From the NCBI GenBank assembly GCA_030390025.1, contig CM059429.1, positions 34,100,001 through 34,164,000 of the forward strand: a DNA stretch of 64,000 nucleotides, given 5' to 3'. Of this stretch, positions 1-13,541 are shown piece after piece (positions within the stretch are counted from its first letter, which is position 1; the number at the start of each line of letters is the position of its first letter). A model generated the notes under the pieces. The model saw only the letters and a program-made list of their open reading frames with translations. It was not told where the DNA came from and ran no database searches. The DNA is from Squalus acanthias (taxonomy: Eukaryota). Both the position numbers and the translations under genes were made by a program.

Positions 1-145
1 AAGACAGCACGACACTGCCGACAGTTCAGCACTCCCTCAGTACTGCACGGGAGTGTCAGCCTGGATTTTGTGCTCAAGTCTCTGGAGTGGGACCTGAACT
101 CACAACCTCCTGACTCAGAGGCAAAAGTTCTACCAACTGAGCCAC
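1..145 (-). mobile_element. tRNA-head Deu-domain SINE (SacSINE1/AmnSINE1-like), partial
   Basis: Minus strand reads GTGGCTCAGTTGGTAG (A box), GTTCAGGTCCC (B box), then GCTGACACTCCCGTGCAGTACTGAGGGAGTGCTG (Deu-like core). Confidence 0.8.
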
Positions 146-1749
146 AGTTGACATTTATGTGGTGAAAAACCTAGATGCATAAATCTTATTTTATTGTTAT
201 GACATCAGAATGACAAATTACGTCATAAAGCAGCTAGAACTGCTTTTCCTGACCTACAAAAGCTCATTAATATTCATCTTTTATAGTTGAAAATATTCTA
301 CAATTGTTATAAAAAAGAACATACCCTAGACAGCAGTGTGGTATGATAAGCACACCCACTCACAAGGGTGATCATAGCCCACTCATTTATTATCCCATCT
401 GCCTCACTCGTGGAGATATTCATCATGACATAGTTGGCTGTGTCATGTGATCCTTTTATATTTCTTTGCTGAGAATGACATCAGTACTCATGATGTTGGA
501 AGTGGGCTGTGATGATCCACACTACACCAAACTGTATTTTGTGCTTTTCATTACATCTCCTCTAAACACAACTGTGTAAATTTTGCATAAATAACAATTA
601 TTTAAAAGTATTAACTTTTTAAAATTTAAACTCTGAAGGCAGTTAAGTTGCTTTATGATGTCATGAGAAAGCTGCTGACATCAGATTAGTAAATTGTGAC
701 ATAATTAAAAATATTTTCACTTTGGATAAGGAAACTTGTAAATAATGTAAATATGTAAATACTCCCCATTTGTTTAATGAGACTAAATTCTTGTTAAGAA
801 CAAGCCATTCCTCTTATCAGGAAGACTTTTTCAGTTCCAATGTACAGACTGTGATGGAAAAGAGTGAGATATCTAGCTGCTAATTAACCCGTATATTGTG
901 TTGTAGCTTTTAGAACATTATTATGGTGTGTTCTGTAGGTTTCTCCAGTGGGAAGTGTGTCATTTAGAAGCAATATAACCTGATATGTCAATTCTGGGAT
1001 CAATCAATCACAGTGCAAAGGTGAATTTCTGATAAGAACAATTCCTAATACAAGCAAGTTTTTTCTTGCCAAGTTGAACTTGCTCTATGCAGGAATTGAC
1101 TGTATGTACACTGTGAATAAAGACAGTAGCTACTCAGTGTAATACCCTGATATAATAAATTGATTATGCTCCATTCACTGAGAAACTGAACATAAATGTG
1201 TATGTTATGGTGTCTTTATAACTTGTCCCTTTGCTTGTATGATACTATTGTATGGCACATAATGGCTATATTGTATCATGCAGGCTTTGCTACAAAGGTT
1301 ACTGAGTTGTCTGAAATATGGAACTATAAAAGAAAATATTTTCTGATGCATTTTGCAAGATATATGATTCTAAAGTACTGCCTGTAGGGCAATTCCACTC
1401 ATCCATACTCAAATGTGCTGTTTTATAAAATAGTAGTATGTGGACTTGCACCTGTAAATCCTCACATTTCAAGTTCCCAATCTCATCTGTATCATTAGGG
1501 AAAGGGCAGGTTGGGGCTATTTCCTATCCATAGAGAAGGAGGGAAATCAGCACATGTGTTGCACACCTCCTAGCAACATGGGAACAGTTTGCCTTCCCAC
1601 CCTCTTAGCTCACAAATAGTGTATGCCCCAAGACTTTAAGAAAATGATATATATGATACAGTATTTTAGAATATTCTGTGCTGTTATATTTTGTGTTATA
1701 ACATACATTTTGAGCTCTTTCATAAATTTATATTTATATGTGTTTATAT

Positions 1750-2060
1750 GAGCTCAGCTCATCTGATAACACTTTTCACCTCTGAGTCTGTAGGCTGTGG
1801 GTTGAAAGCCTTCCTGTAAGACTTGAGCAGGTTATAATCTAGACTGACAGTTGGATGAGATGCTCAACTGAGTCTCCCTGCCCTGGTGGGTTATTTTGGG
1901 AGTTCTCCACGTTGGCTAACAGTTGTGCCAGAGCAGATGAAGTGTTCTTCATTCCCTTGCTCCTTGTGGGACCTTATTCCTGTGTTTGTGTACACAGCAG
2001 TGGCTGCACTTCAAAGTAAATCACTGTATATGAAGTACTTTTGGGATGTTTCTGAGAAAG
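1750..2060 (+). mobile_element. Degenerate Deu-type SINE
   Basis: Head-like cacctctgagtc...ggttg...agacttgagca...ctgaca and tail-like gtggctgcacttcaaagta...aagtacttttgggatgt. Confidence 0.55.
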
Positions 2061-2262
2061 CTGATTAATGGTTAAATGCAAAAATCGATGATGTTTTAAA
2101 GTGGGGGGTGTGTTTAAAAATGCTGTTTTTCCGCCGCGCCACTATGAATATTTTGAATAATGTGTCGAACAGCCTGAATATTTCTAACAACCAATAAATA
2201 TTTATGATTAGGAGTGAGTGGCTGCTCCCCTCTCCCTGGCGGTGTCACGTGCCTATGCCTTC

Positions 2263-2333
2263 CTTTCCGGAACCCTAGAGGCGGAAATCTCCGAAAGTAG
2301 CCGATCGTCCGGCTTTGCGGACTGAGGAGGAAG
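2263..2333 (+). other. EIF4G1: Putative non-coding exon 1 (5' UTR) of EIF4G1
   Basis: Follows the promoter motifs and ends at donor AAG|GTACGC (GT at 2334). Start position is inferred from the TCT-like motif. Confidence 0.55.
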
Positions 2334-2472
2334 GTACGCCATTACTGCCCCGTGTTTTATTATCCGTCTCCATCCTGCCCATGGAGACTGAAACCACTGG
2401 CTGCTGACCCGGCCGGCGGCTACCTTGCCTTCTGAGCTTTGGCTTGACTGTTTTATTTTTTGTGATTCGCAG

Positions 2473-2549
2473 GACAGAAGAAAGGGGGAGAAGGGGACAA
2501 ATTTTTTTAAAAAAAAAATACACCTTCAGGAGGAGCCAGTCCTTCCCGG
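2473..2549 (+). other. EIF4G1: Putative non-coding 5' UTR exon
   Basis: Acceptor ttgactgttttattttttgtgattcgcag| and donor CGG|GTAAGG (GT at 2550); 77 nt with no ATG. A further possible donor AAG|GTGGGT lies at 2672. Confidence 0.45.
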
Positions 2550-3238
2550 GTAAGGACGCCCTGACGTGTTTCTGATTACATTCGCGTGGAGAGTCGGACA
2601 CCCGGGAGAGGAGGGGGGATCAAGTATGGAGAGAGCCCGCTTTCTTTGTAAGCTAAAAAGCGGGGGGAAAGGTGGGTGAGCGAGCAGCGCAGGCAGGCAG
2701 GCCGGCCGGCTCCGGAGCAGTGAGCAGAGCCGCCGCCGCCACCTCCCTATCGGGAGACGATTCCTTGAAAGATCCGCGGCCGCCGCGTGTGGCTTGCAGC
2801 CCGAAAGCTGGGCGAGGAGTTGGAGCGGCCGGGGCCCACAGGCCCAGGCCTCAGACTCGCATACCCGGCCCGGCCTTGGCCCCTCACTCCATGCCGGGGG
2901 GAGAGAGAGCGAGAGAGAGAGAAGAGGAGGCCCCAGCTTCTCTCCTAAAGTCTCTTGTCTTTTTAAGTTTGTGTGTGTTGGGGTTGGTGTGTGTGTGTGA
3001 GGGGAGGTGGACAGGCTGAAGGTTTCAGACTGTTTGTGCAAGTTGCAGCCAGGCCCCTGCGCCTTGGCTGTGACCATATGGGAGTTGTGGCGCTGGTGAA
3101 AGTGGAATGTAACCCCCCCCCCCCCCCCCTCTCTCTCTCTCTCCCGGGGGTGGTGGTGGGGGGGGAGATCCGGGCCTGGTGATCCGTGTTCCAGTCGGTG
3201 TTAGCTGTATTTTATATTAATATTTCGCCACCTTTCTC

Positions 3239-3441
3239 GTGTGTGTGTGTGTGTGTGGCGGCTGTCGGGAGTTACTGCGTTTGCAGCGTGAGCCTGAACT
3301 GACACGTTTTGTGCTGGAGGGGAAAAAAAAAACGCCGGTAAAAGAGGAACCATGTGCGGATGGTGGTTTGGGTCTGAGGAGTATGGCGCAACTCAGTGAG
3401 TCACTGTCACCTCCACACACAGACACACACACACACACACA
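3239..3441. repeat. (GT)n (3239-3257) and (CA)n (3413-3441) microsatellites in inverted orientation
   Basis: Direct reading. Confidence 0.85.
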
Positions 3442-6091
3442 CTGCTGCCGGCTCACACTGCACAAAAATCATACACTTCACCGCTGCTATTAAATCAGAA
3501 TTTAATCTTTAACTATATATAGATATGTATACAGCACTTTGGGGGGGGGGGATTACCATGTGACCCGATTTTTTAAAGTGAGGGCTTGGTTTTAAAGCGG
3601 AAGTGCAATAAAGTTTTAACCATTTTTGGGAAATGCGTTTAGCAAGCATTAGGCCAAGTAGCAGCAACCTTGAACAGTGGCGTAATGGTGTATTGCTCGG
3701 ATCGTGCAACAGCAATTTGTTGGTAGACTTTTTTAAAAATAAAAATAAAACTCTTGCTATTATTTTAAGGTCGTGCACAGCGAACTTATTTAGAAAGTAC
3801 TCGGTTCGATTCCTGTTTTTAAATCCTCGATTTCCCCCCCCCCTCTTTCTTCACGTTGAAGTTATAATGTGGGGCAATCTTGTAGATGAGTTTGAGGGGG
3901 CCGGGGAGGTGATGAGGGGGAGAAGAAGCTGTGTCGAGTTCATCTGAAATTATACTTCATTTCGATCGCGCATAGTGAGGAGCCGGTGTACGTAAATGTA
4001 ATGAGCGGAATGCCCATTTACTGCTAACAAAAATCAGATCATCATTGCTGATCTAAAGTTGTTTTATGACATCTTGTGTTGTGAAGTTTCGCCCAAAACG
4101 ATGCGAGAAAATGCTTGGCCTCGTTATTCTGCATTTCAATTCGGCACTACGACTCCAGTGTACAAGTTTTTTCTTGGCTAATTTGACCCTGGCACTGAAA
4201 TAGCGGAAAAAGTGAATTATGTTTAATTTAAAATAACAACGGAATATAGTGAAGTAGTTATCAGACGGAAATTAGAAATTAAGATATGGCCGTCGAATTG
4301 AACGTGTACTTATTTCGATTCATGTTTATAAATCTTCGATTTTTGAAAGTTTGAAATTAATGCTGCGGTCTGTTTGATTCGCTGTTGTGCTATTTTGCAT
4401 AAGGACATGTTACGGTGCGAATATACGGATGATTAAAACACCGTTCGCTTATATTACAAAATTAAATGAATTGCAAGCATGCGGCAAATCTCTTTGCATG
4501 CACATAGGCCTGTTAACTTTTATCGGCATGTTCCACATGGGCTCAGTGCTGCTCCCTGGCAGTGGGTGTGGTTTTGGTGTTCATTACAATTTGTGGCTTT
4601 CTCTCTGCACTGCAGTAACAGGCTGTAAGGTCTAATAATCGTCTGGCACCACTTGCATGAGAGAATGTTCTGTGTCTCGTAGCGTAATGGCACTAACTGA
4701 TCATAGCTTTAGATATAAGATTATTACTTAAGGCCCCTTTTCTGTTTGATCAGTTATATATGTTGAAGTGTAATCTGTACAATTTTGGACGTGCCAATAG
4801 CCATTTCTAGACTGGGAAGGATTGAAGGAGTAACTAGATAGAATTCTTTGGCGGTTAGCTAGTTTGTTAAGATTATTGATTATGAAATTTATAAATCTAT
4901 ATTGAAATGCAGTTGATGTTTGCATTTAATGTGACTGTATTTTGGAGGAAAAAAACTTCCTTATATTGATTTGTGGTCTGATTTTATTCAGATTTAGTGT
5001 CAAATGTTCTCCAATGAAGTTTAATGTACAAGGGCCTCCTGCACCATGCCAATAAGCATTAAAAGGTCAGATTTTTCCTAATGTGGCAGTGTAAACATGT
5101 GACTAACAGACTAAATGGTTTACCAAATATTTGAGCAGTATAAAAAGTCAGGTGTACCTAATGTACAGCTGTTATCAATTGCTCTGGTCTGGTACACTAG
5201 ATATCTTTTTTTGGAAGGGTGGGAAGAGAGTAAAACAAGCCATCTGTTAAACACATAGCTTGATTAGTTGGATGGCTTTACAGTATGTGTTTTGATAGAA
5301 GTCTCCATGATTGCCCATAGCTTCGGCAAGTTTTGGGTGCTGTTATGAAAGCATTACATTGTAGAATGTGACGTCTTGAAGTTTTAACATTTCTAAAATC
5401 CATTGCCTTTCATGGGTCTAGTAACATAAATAATCCATTAAGCATACGTGTCTTAAGTTATCGTGGAATAAGTTTGATTTGCTGCTCAGCAACATAATCT
5501 AGTAATGTAAAGGGCCCTGTGGTAATTTGCTGAGGAAAGGTTATGTGATTCAACCACAGTTGCCAAGTGGTTTGGCGAAGTGTCGTTAGTGGTGTTTGAT
5601 TCAACTTCCATAAAGTTTTAAATGCATTGACAGTGTGGCTTTTTAATTTCTTAAATTTTGAGATTTAGCAGAAATTCATGGTGTGTATATTTGTATCAAA
5701 CGTATCCTGTTACAGTAGACTGAATTGCTTTACTGGTGGACTGGACATGGATTGCATAAACTTACTTATGTACAAGGCTATTTTAGTTTTTTTTGCACTG
5801 TGTATTCAAATTCAATGTAACTATATTTAGAAGCAAGATTTTGGCATGTTTGAGCTAAGCTTCATTGATATGACCGTCGAGGTTGAGTTGGCTTCTGAAA
5901 ACCTGAGTTTAATGTGAGTTGCATTGTCATTGGGTATAGTTCGTAGAATTGCTAATTCTATTTTTCTAGGAGGTACAGCTTTAAAAGTGGGCTTGCACTT
6001 TTGTTTTGAATGCTTGCGTTTCTAGCTTTTAATATGCTGAATGAGTGAAAAGTAACAACCAAATCAGGTTCGCAGTCAATCCACACCTATT

Positions 6092-6450
6092 ATAGAATCA
6101 TAGAATCTTACAGGACAGAAGGAGGCCATTTGGCCCATCATGCCTTTGCCAGCTCTTTGAAAGAGCTGTCCAATTTAGTCCCACCTTTTCCCCCACAACA
6201 CTGCAAATTAGTCCTCCTCCGAGTACATGTCCAATTGCCGTTGAAAGTTCCTATGGAATCTGTTTCCACCACTCTCGGGTAGTGCGTTCCATATCTTAAC
6301 AACCCTCTGTGAGGAAAATTTCCCCTCTAGTTCTTTTGCCAATTATTTTAAATCTGTGACCTCTGGTTACCAACCCACTTGCCAGAAGAAACAGTTTCTC
6401 ACCTGTATCAAAACCCCATATAATTTTGAATATCTCTATTTGGTTTCCTT
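6092..6450 (-). mobile_element. CR1 LINE 3' fragment
   Basis: (ATAGAATC)2 terminal microsatellite followed by gaaggaggccatttggcccatc, the reverse complement of a CR1 3' end. Confidence 0.8.
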
Positions 6451-7189
6451 TGCACAATTTGATCAAACTCGAAAATAGGCTAAACTCAAGCCATTTTGTA
6501 TGTCAGAAATATGAATGTGCTAATTATGGGATTTCACCATTGCTCAGTGGAAAAGTTAAAATGGTCTGATTTGATGTGGACTGGTCATAAATTTGATTTG
6601 TAGGAAAAATTGCTTTTGCTGTGGACGGATAGGGTGCAATATAAAAGAGAGAGATATACTGAACTTTAAATGTTGTTGTTTGGCTCAGAGCCGCCTTTTC
6701 CTTTCGTGAGTCTGTTTTCCTCAGTGTAAAGGTAGTTTCAACTGGGTTGTGGGATGATCTGAGTTGCATACCATACAGCTGCTGCAAGTGCCTGTCAGTG
6801 ATCTGCCAACAGGATTTGCGTTTCTGTAGGGGTGGGACTGTGCCTGCACATTTTTCTTCAAGATAAAGTGCTCCATCTAGTGGCTCTAGTTGAAGCTTGT
6901 CCAAGAAGTGCATGTTAACTTTAATACTGTTAAAACTCAGATTAAAATTGGTGACCACCTGATTAGAAGTCTTGATGGCAAACTGCTAGCTCCTGCACTG
7001 ACAAAATGTGGTGCAGTGAAAGTATTAAATGTCAGCAAACTTGTAATTTAATTAAAAAAATATTCTCAAAATGCTGAGTTTCAATGAAAAAGGAAACTGA
7101 CAGCCCTCCATTAACTTGCTTAATTTGGTGTTTGTGTGAACCTAGACTCTAACATTCAGCAGAATTATCAACTGTGCAGAGCATTGTTG

Positions 7190-7365
7190 CTGAGCCTGAT
7201 TTTTGTCTTGACCCCAAATCCATGGATTTGAACTCTGTGGTAGTGATCACTGGATAGTAATCAGGAGTGGGAACTCGAGCTGATTTTTCTTTTCTGCTCC
7301 ATCCTCCAGAAGTCACTTGTCAGTTTTATGCCCTGACTAAGATCAGCTAATTCAGCAAAAATGGG
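7190..7365 (-). mobile_element. AmnSINE2-like SINE fragment
   Basis: tcactggatagtaatcaggagtgggaac...gctgatttt...gatcagctaattcagca, shared with the copies at 23.6-24.1 kb and 42 kb. Confidence 0.55.
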
Positions 7366-9083
7366 TGGAGATTTTCTAGTCTGTCATTGTGCCACACCAA
7401 ACAGTGTATTTATGTACTAAGCTTTGGGTAGCAGATAATTCGCTCCTGTTAATTATACTCTGCAGGTTCTGGAATGCCCAACCCTTGGCAAACTGATGTA
7501 TTTTGATGAATAAAATATTAGAGGACGAAATATGGGGAAAATATGATGCAATCACTTGCCTGGTGTGATTAGATGTATTTCCAATCTGAGGAATTTTGCA
7601 GATGGATAAAGGTTTTTGTACTTTTAAAAATAGTACACTACAGTATAACTGTTGTCTGGGTTGCCGACCAAATCTGGCCCACCTCTTGATCTTATCTGGC
7701 CCGTTTGATCGCTTGCACTGGTTCAAATAGTTGATTGTCAGTATGTTTGTGTGACATTTCAGTGCAGTAGATTGCCATGTAGCTCCCACTGTTAGCAGCT
7801 TTCTTCAATTGGGACCTACTTCTAGAACTCAAAATACCGTAAGTCCAGATTGAGGAAGGAGTGTTGCCTGGGAACGGGAACATCATGTCAATTCCATCCA
7901 CTCCTGCTGTCCAAATTATATTTAAAAAAAAAATAAAAAATTTGTGTTCCACCAGCAGATCAACTGTTTCACTGGTGGGCTTTTCAGAGGTGAGTGCTTT
8001 TTGTTAATCATGCTCTTGTCACTGCTTGTCTGCACTGGGATTGGAAGTGGGCAGAAAGATGGCCCATCTTGGAGCAATTGATTGATTCAGGGTCACATAG
8101 GCTTAAAGCTGTGAATGTATGTACGTTGCCTTTCTTAATAGACTCCAACCCCTCGACCACCCTGGCAAATGCTACCTTTACTAGGATCCCATGCTGCAAC
8201 TGTAGTGCCAACTGATGCTGTTGCATTCCACTGACCACAGTTGTAGAGATGGGTAAAAACTGGAGAAATAGAGAAAAGTAATCGAGTAAGCAAAGTGAGA
8301 GATAAGTGAAGAGGAAGAGAGCAGTTTAGGGTGCATTTGTAACCCAACTTTAGCATTGATGCAAAATGGTTTCTGTACCCTTAATCGGACGTGTCACAAG
8401 GATCTGGTCTACTCTAAAAGATCGCACATCCCTGCAGTATAATGCTTGGATTGATGTATTATAACCATATTATTTTGCACAGTTTAATGTAAACTGTGTA
8501 TTTACCAGTAGAGTCCCCACCACTTACACCGTCCCCACTTATCCTTGACAGCCACCTATATCGGGCAAATGGTGTTAACCATTTGTCTTACCAATGACAT
8601 CAATTACAAAGACATTAAACCATATTGAGCACGCCGATTATTTCGGCCAATTCAAGCAGCTGTTCGCACCTCGATAAAGTGCGATTACCTGTTATTAAAT
8701 CCTTTCTGGCAGCGCCGCCGTCCTCGGTCACCTCAAACACCACCCCCACCGGTGGCCTCTAGAACTCCTGCGATTGCTGCTTAGAAACATTTACCTGCTG
8801 CAGTGATGAAGCTGACCGGAAGTGCAACTGATTGGACTGCTGCATGCTTCAGCCCCATTCAACTCAGTGACTTTGATTCTAGTGCAGGTAATAGCAATGT
8901 TCAGTTCCCCACACACACAACTCGATTCCTTGCCAAAGCATATTCTCCAGCCTTCCCTTATGGTATGCTGTAATCATTTTTAATTATTTTACTGGGAGCG
9001 GCTGAGAAGTGGATAGACAGTAAATCATTTGAGTGGTGAAGACTGTAATACATAATCAGAACAGTTTATTCCCGGAATCCTTT

Positions 9084-9186
9084 GAAAGAACTTGTATTTA
9101 TATAACGCCTTTCACGACCGCCGGACGTTCCAAAGTGCTTTACAGCCTATAAAGTACTTTTGAAGTGTAGTCACTGTTGTAATGTA
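9084..9186 (-). mobile_element. 3' tail of Deu-type SINE
   Basis: aacttgtatttatataacgcctttcacgacc...aagtacttttgaagtgtagtcactgttgtaatgta; the same tail occurs at 21.1 and 58.3 kb. Confidence 0.75.
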
Positions 9187-9224
9187 CCAGAACTGTTGCA
9201 TCTACCAGAAAATGCATCGATGCT

Positions 9225-10256
9225 GCAATGATTAAGGGACAGAAAGCAGAGAATAGTGATGAATGGTTGTTTTTCCAGACTGGAGGAAGTATACAATGGT
9301 GTTCCCTAGGGGTTGGTATTAGGGCCACTGCTCTTTTAATATATTAATGACCTGGACTTGGGTATACGTGGCATAATTTCAAAGTTTGCAGATGATACGA
9401 AACTCAGAAATGTAGTAAACAATGAGGAGGATAGTAACAGACTTCAGGAGGACATAGTGGTGAAATGGGCAGACACATGGCAGATGAAATTTAACAGAGA
9501 AGTGATTCATTTTAGTAGGAAGAATGAGGAGAGGCAATATGAACTAAGTGATACAATTTTAAGGGTGTGCAGGAAGAGAGAGACCTGGGGGTGTATATAA
9601 ACAAATCTTTGAAGGTGATGGGACAAGTCGAGATGGCTGTTAAAGCATATGGGATCCTTGGCTTTATGAATCGAGGAATAGAGTACAAAAACAAGGAAGT
9701 TATGCTAAACCTTTATAAAACACTGGTTCGGTCTCAGATGGAGTATTGTGTTCAATTCTGGATATCACACTTTAGGAAGGATGTCGAGGCCTTGGAGAGG
9801 GTGTAGAAGAGATTTACTAGAATGGTATTAGGAATGAGGAACTTCAATTATGTGGAGAGACTGGAGAAGCTGGGGTTGTTCTCCTTGGAGCAGAGAAGGT
9901 TAAAAAGATTTGATAGAAATGTTCAGAATCATGAGTGGTTTTGATAGAATAAATAAGGAGAAACTGTTTCCAGTGGCAGAAGGTAACCAGAGGACACAGA
10001 TTAAGATGATTGGGAAAAGAACCAGAGGCGACATGACGAATCATTTTTTGCACAGCAAGTTGTTACGATCTTGAAAGCATTGCCTGAAACGGTGGTGAAG
10101 CAGATTCACTAGTATCATTCAAAACGGAATTGGGTAAATATTGAAGGGAAACATTTACAGGGCTATGGGGAAAGAGCAAGGGAGTGGGACTAGTTGGATA
10201 GCTCTAGCAAAGAGCTGGCACAGGCACGATGGGCTGAATGGCCTCCTTCTGTATTG
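9225..10256 (+). mobile_element. CR1 LINE, 5'-truncated and decayed (RT C-terminus plus 3' UTR)
   Basis: ORF fragments ISKFADDTKL, KWADTWQMKFN and LYKTLVRSQMEYCVQFW; 3' end gggctgaatggcctccttct. Confidence 0.92.
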
Positions 10257-11336
10257 GGCCCCTTCTTTGCTTTATCATTCTATGAAATAGAAGTTTCTGC
10301 AATGGCTACTTAATAGTTCTGATATGGCAAGGACATTGAGTTGGAGGGCTGTATTTAATTGATTGACATAGACACTATCTTTTTGGAGTGTTTTTTTGTT
10401 TAAATGGTGACTCCGATGCAGCGTTTCCTGCTGGACTAGTTTCGATTGCCTAGAGGGATCGGAGAGGAATTTTCCAGTGTTTTTTGATCTGTTTTTTGCC
10501 TCTGCCAGGAGACTAGATGGTACCTCGGGGGTAAGGTGTCTCTTGGCATGATGCATAAGGCATCACAACTGTATGGGACAGGCTAGACAGATCACCTGAT
10601 ATTTTCTTGTCTGATGTTTTCACATGTTCATATGTTCTCTTCCTCCTCCACTATTTCTAAGGATCCTGAATCAACCTGCACAGTTGAAATGCAAAAAAGG
10701 TTGACATGCTTACTGTTATTATTTGACAGCTGCACCTTTATTAATTAAATTGGTCTCAGCTTCTTGTTGCACCTGTTTTAAGTAGTAATGGCCAGTCACC
10801 TGTATTAGTATATTAAGGATTGCCTCTGGCCCTTTGTCATCAACTGTTGCTTGGGTTTTGTTCTGTTTTTTTGTTTGTAAGTTGTGTTTCAAATTGTACG
10901 CATGTAGGTTCCAGTTGCTAGTAAATGGGGAAAAAGAAAATGCACAATGATCTATGTTGCTTCTGGGATTCTAGGCCCTGGTAGCTGGATCCCAAGCAGT
11001 TTTCCCAACTTACCCCTACCTTTGTGGTGGACTTTCTCTTCTAACAGCTGTTGTAGAAATGCAGACAGATACCTGATTAATTACTCACCTGGAGCCCTTT
11101 GTTGATGCTTCCAAAAAAGACCAAATCTGAAGAGGTGCACTGTAGGTGGAGTTATATGTAGCATGCTATTACTGATCGGTAACGTTGTGACAAAAATACA
11201 TTTATGGTATGATTTATATTGGATCATGGATGTTCTAATATCTCTAATCAATTTTCTTTCGATATAGAGCACAACTTGTGCTGGGCCCTCCCTCAAATGG
11301 GTTTAAGCTTGTGTATTGAGTCTGAATTGGTTTTCA

Positions 11337-11812
11337 AAATGTTGCCAGGACTGGAGAATTTTAGCTATGAGGAAAGATTGGATAGGCTGGGGTTATTTTC
11401 TTCAGAACAGAGGAAGCTGAGGGGAGACTTGATTGAGGTGTATAAAATCATGAGGGGCCTTGATAGAGTGGATAGGAAGGACCCATTTCCCTTAGCAGAG
11501 AGGTGTCAATAACAACAGTAGCATAGGTTTAAAGTAATTGGTAGAAGGATTAGAGGGAGTTGAGAACTTTTTTTCACCCAGAGGGTAGTGGGGGTCTGGA
11601 ACTCGTTGCCTGAAAGAGTGGTAGAGGCAGAAACCCTCATCGCATTTAAAAGGTACTTGGATATGCACTTGAAGTGCCATAACCTACAAGGCTACGGACC
11701 AAGAGCTGGAAAGTGGGATTAGGCTGGACAGCTCTTTTTTGGCTGGCACAGACACAATGGACCAAATGGCCTCCTTCTGTGCTGTAAATTTCTATGATTT
11801 GATTTTCTACGA
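11337..11812 (+). mobile_element. CR1 LINE 3' fragment
   Basis: SYEERLDRLGLFSSEQRKLRGDLIEVYKIM; 3' end accaaatggcctccttctgtgctgtaaatttctatgatt. Confidence 0.9.
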
Positions 11813-13541
11813 AAACAAATAATACCAAGTGTAAGGAATTGCGTGGTTAATGACTATATATGGATAATTTAGCTCCCTCGCAGGTAATGCCCAGTTACTC
11901 CTGAAAACTAGTTCACTTGTTCAAACATAATGTTCAAAACAAAAACCTGAAGTAGTTGCACAAGCTTCAGGTACGTTTTTGTATTTCCAGTTTATATTAA
12001 ACCAGAGTGTTGGATCACTGTACATTCTTTCTGCAATGAATACATGAAGTTGCTACAGTACTGGATTCTTGTAGTATTTTAATTGACTCTCAATAGGGGT
12101 TAAAAAATTAACATGTTCATTTTAAAGGATTTGAATACCATTGCTTAAAATAAATGTTTAAAAATCTCTCAGTTTTTATAAAAATAGATCTTAATTCAGC
12201 AGGTTCTGTCTTCATTTTGCATGATGTGTACCAGCAGGCCAGTCACATCTGTTAACTGTACCATGTGCTGCTTAGGAAACTGGGTCAGACTGCAGGTGGG
12301 TTGGAGCACACAGCTGCAGTTTACTCAGCATGCTCACATTCAAAATGGTGGCTTTAGCAGCTAATCTACTTTTAACGTGTCTATTTGGCAGAATTGCAAT
12401 AATACTAAGAAACAAATTCCTTTTTCAATTTTAGTAAGCACTCCTTCGTAGTGTCTTAAACACAAAATTGGCTTAGCTTTGTGGTTTCAAGAAGTGAGAA
12501 TGCAGCTTTTAAATGCTTTTCCTGATGTACTGTATTTTAGCCAGATGTTAATGAGAAATATGTGGCCACATAAAGCCAGTACATGCCAGTTAACTGCACC
12601 CTGTTAATAGCAATGTTTGTTTAATAGGAACATTTGCTCAGCCACGGATTAATTCCTCATGACTTCTAATGGAAAAACTGCTGGCTTGTAGGAACAGTTT
12701 AGAGCGGAATTGCTGCTTTATAGGGAACACGTATTGTCCAGCATTGCAGCTGATCCATTATTGAATTATCAGATGTAAGTATTTTTGACAAAGATAATCA
12801 CTGTTTTATGTAGTTGAATATTATCTTTTGTATTTGTATGTATCAAATTTGGTACATGGTGTGTGCATTTCAGCAAAAATGTAATGATGTCCATGCCCCT
12901 ATGGGCAACCTGTAGTATTGCCTGTAGTACCAGTTTTGCCTGTAGGGGCACTATGTTGGGAGCTTTTCAATGTACTGTAGTATGTTGCATCTTGTTTGTC
13001 ACACATTCACCCAACCTCGCATCCCAGACAGAAGTGATTGTAGGGAGACAGATCTTGAATACGTCTCTAATCAGCAGTAAGATGAAAAAGTGAAATGTCT
13101 ACCTCTGGCAGCAGTCACTGGAGTGCCGATATACTCAGCAGCCTGAAGACTCTTTTTCCTTTCTCTTCACCGAAAAGAATTGTGTGCCCCATAAGCTGTT
13201 TGTGCTCGCTGCTGCAACTCCCGATCATGGCATGGTCTGCTTGTCTCCTCTGTTCAACTCATTTGTGGGTTGGCTCTCGGTGCTCTTTGGCCAGTTGTGT
13301 CTGTAGCTGCCTGTCCCATTTAATCAGTAACCCATTACCCACTTCCATTGGCCACATTGCTTTTGTCACCTTATGCTCAGCCTGGTCCAATTATCCTCCC
13401 CCTTCTAACCCCACAGCATTTGTGTTGTGTAAGCAATTGACTCGAATGATCTGAGTTTTAACCTTGGTCTGTGTAGGAGCAGACACCATCCCCCGCCCCA
13501 ATATAGAAAAGTCATTTGTACTTGTGTTTCTCCCAAGCATT

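Larger units (their letters stand above)
2125..3460 (+). promoter_or_regulatory. CpG-island promoter of EIF4G1
   Basis: Sharp rise in GC and CpG content against an AT-rich background. Contains E-box GTCACGTG (2244-2251), palindromic ETS-type TTCCGGAA (2265-2272), GCGGAAAT (2281-2288) and TCT-like TCCTTTCC (2261-2268). Lies upstream of the + strand exons. Confidence 0.8.

Noticed and set aside
1-145. tRNA-like A and B boxes
   Set aside because: SINE head continuing into a Deu core; not a tRNA gene.
2275-3493. Several 60-183 aa ORFs on both strands
   Set aside because: By-products of the GC-rich CpG island and microsatellites; no recognisable domains.
8505-8860. CpG-containing patch beginning with Tigger-like CAGTAGAGTCCCC
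   Set aside because: No matching right TIR or TA duplication found; probably a transposon fragment but not supportable.
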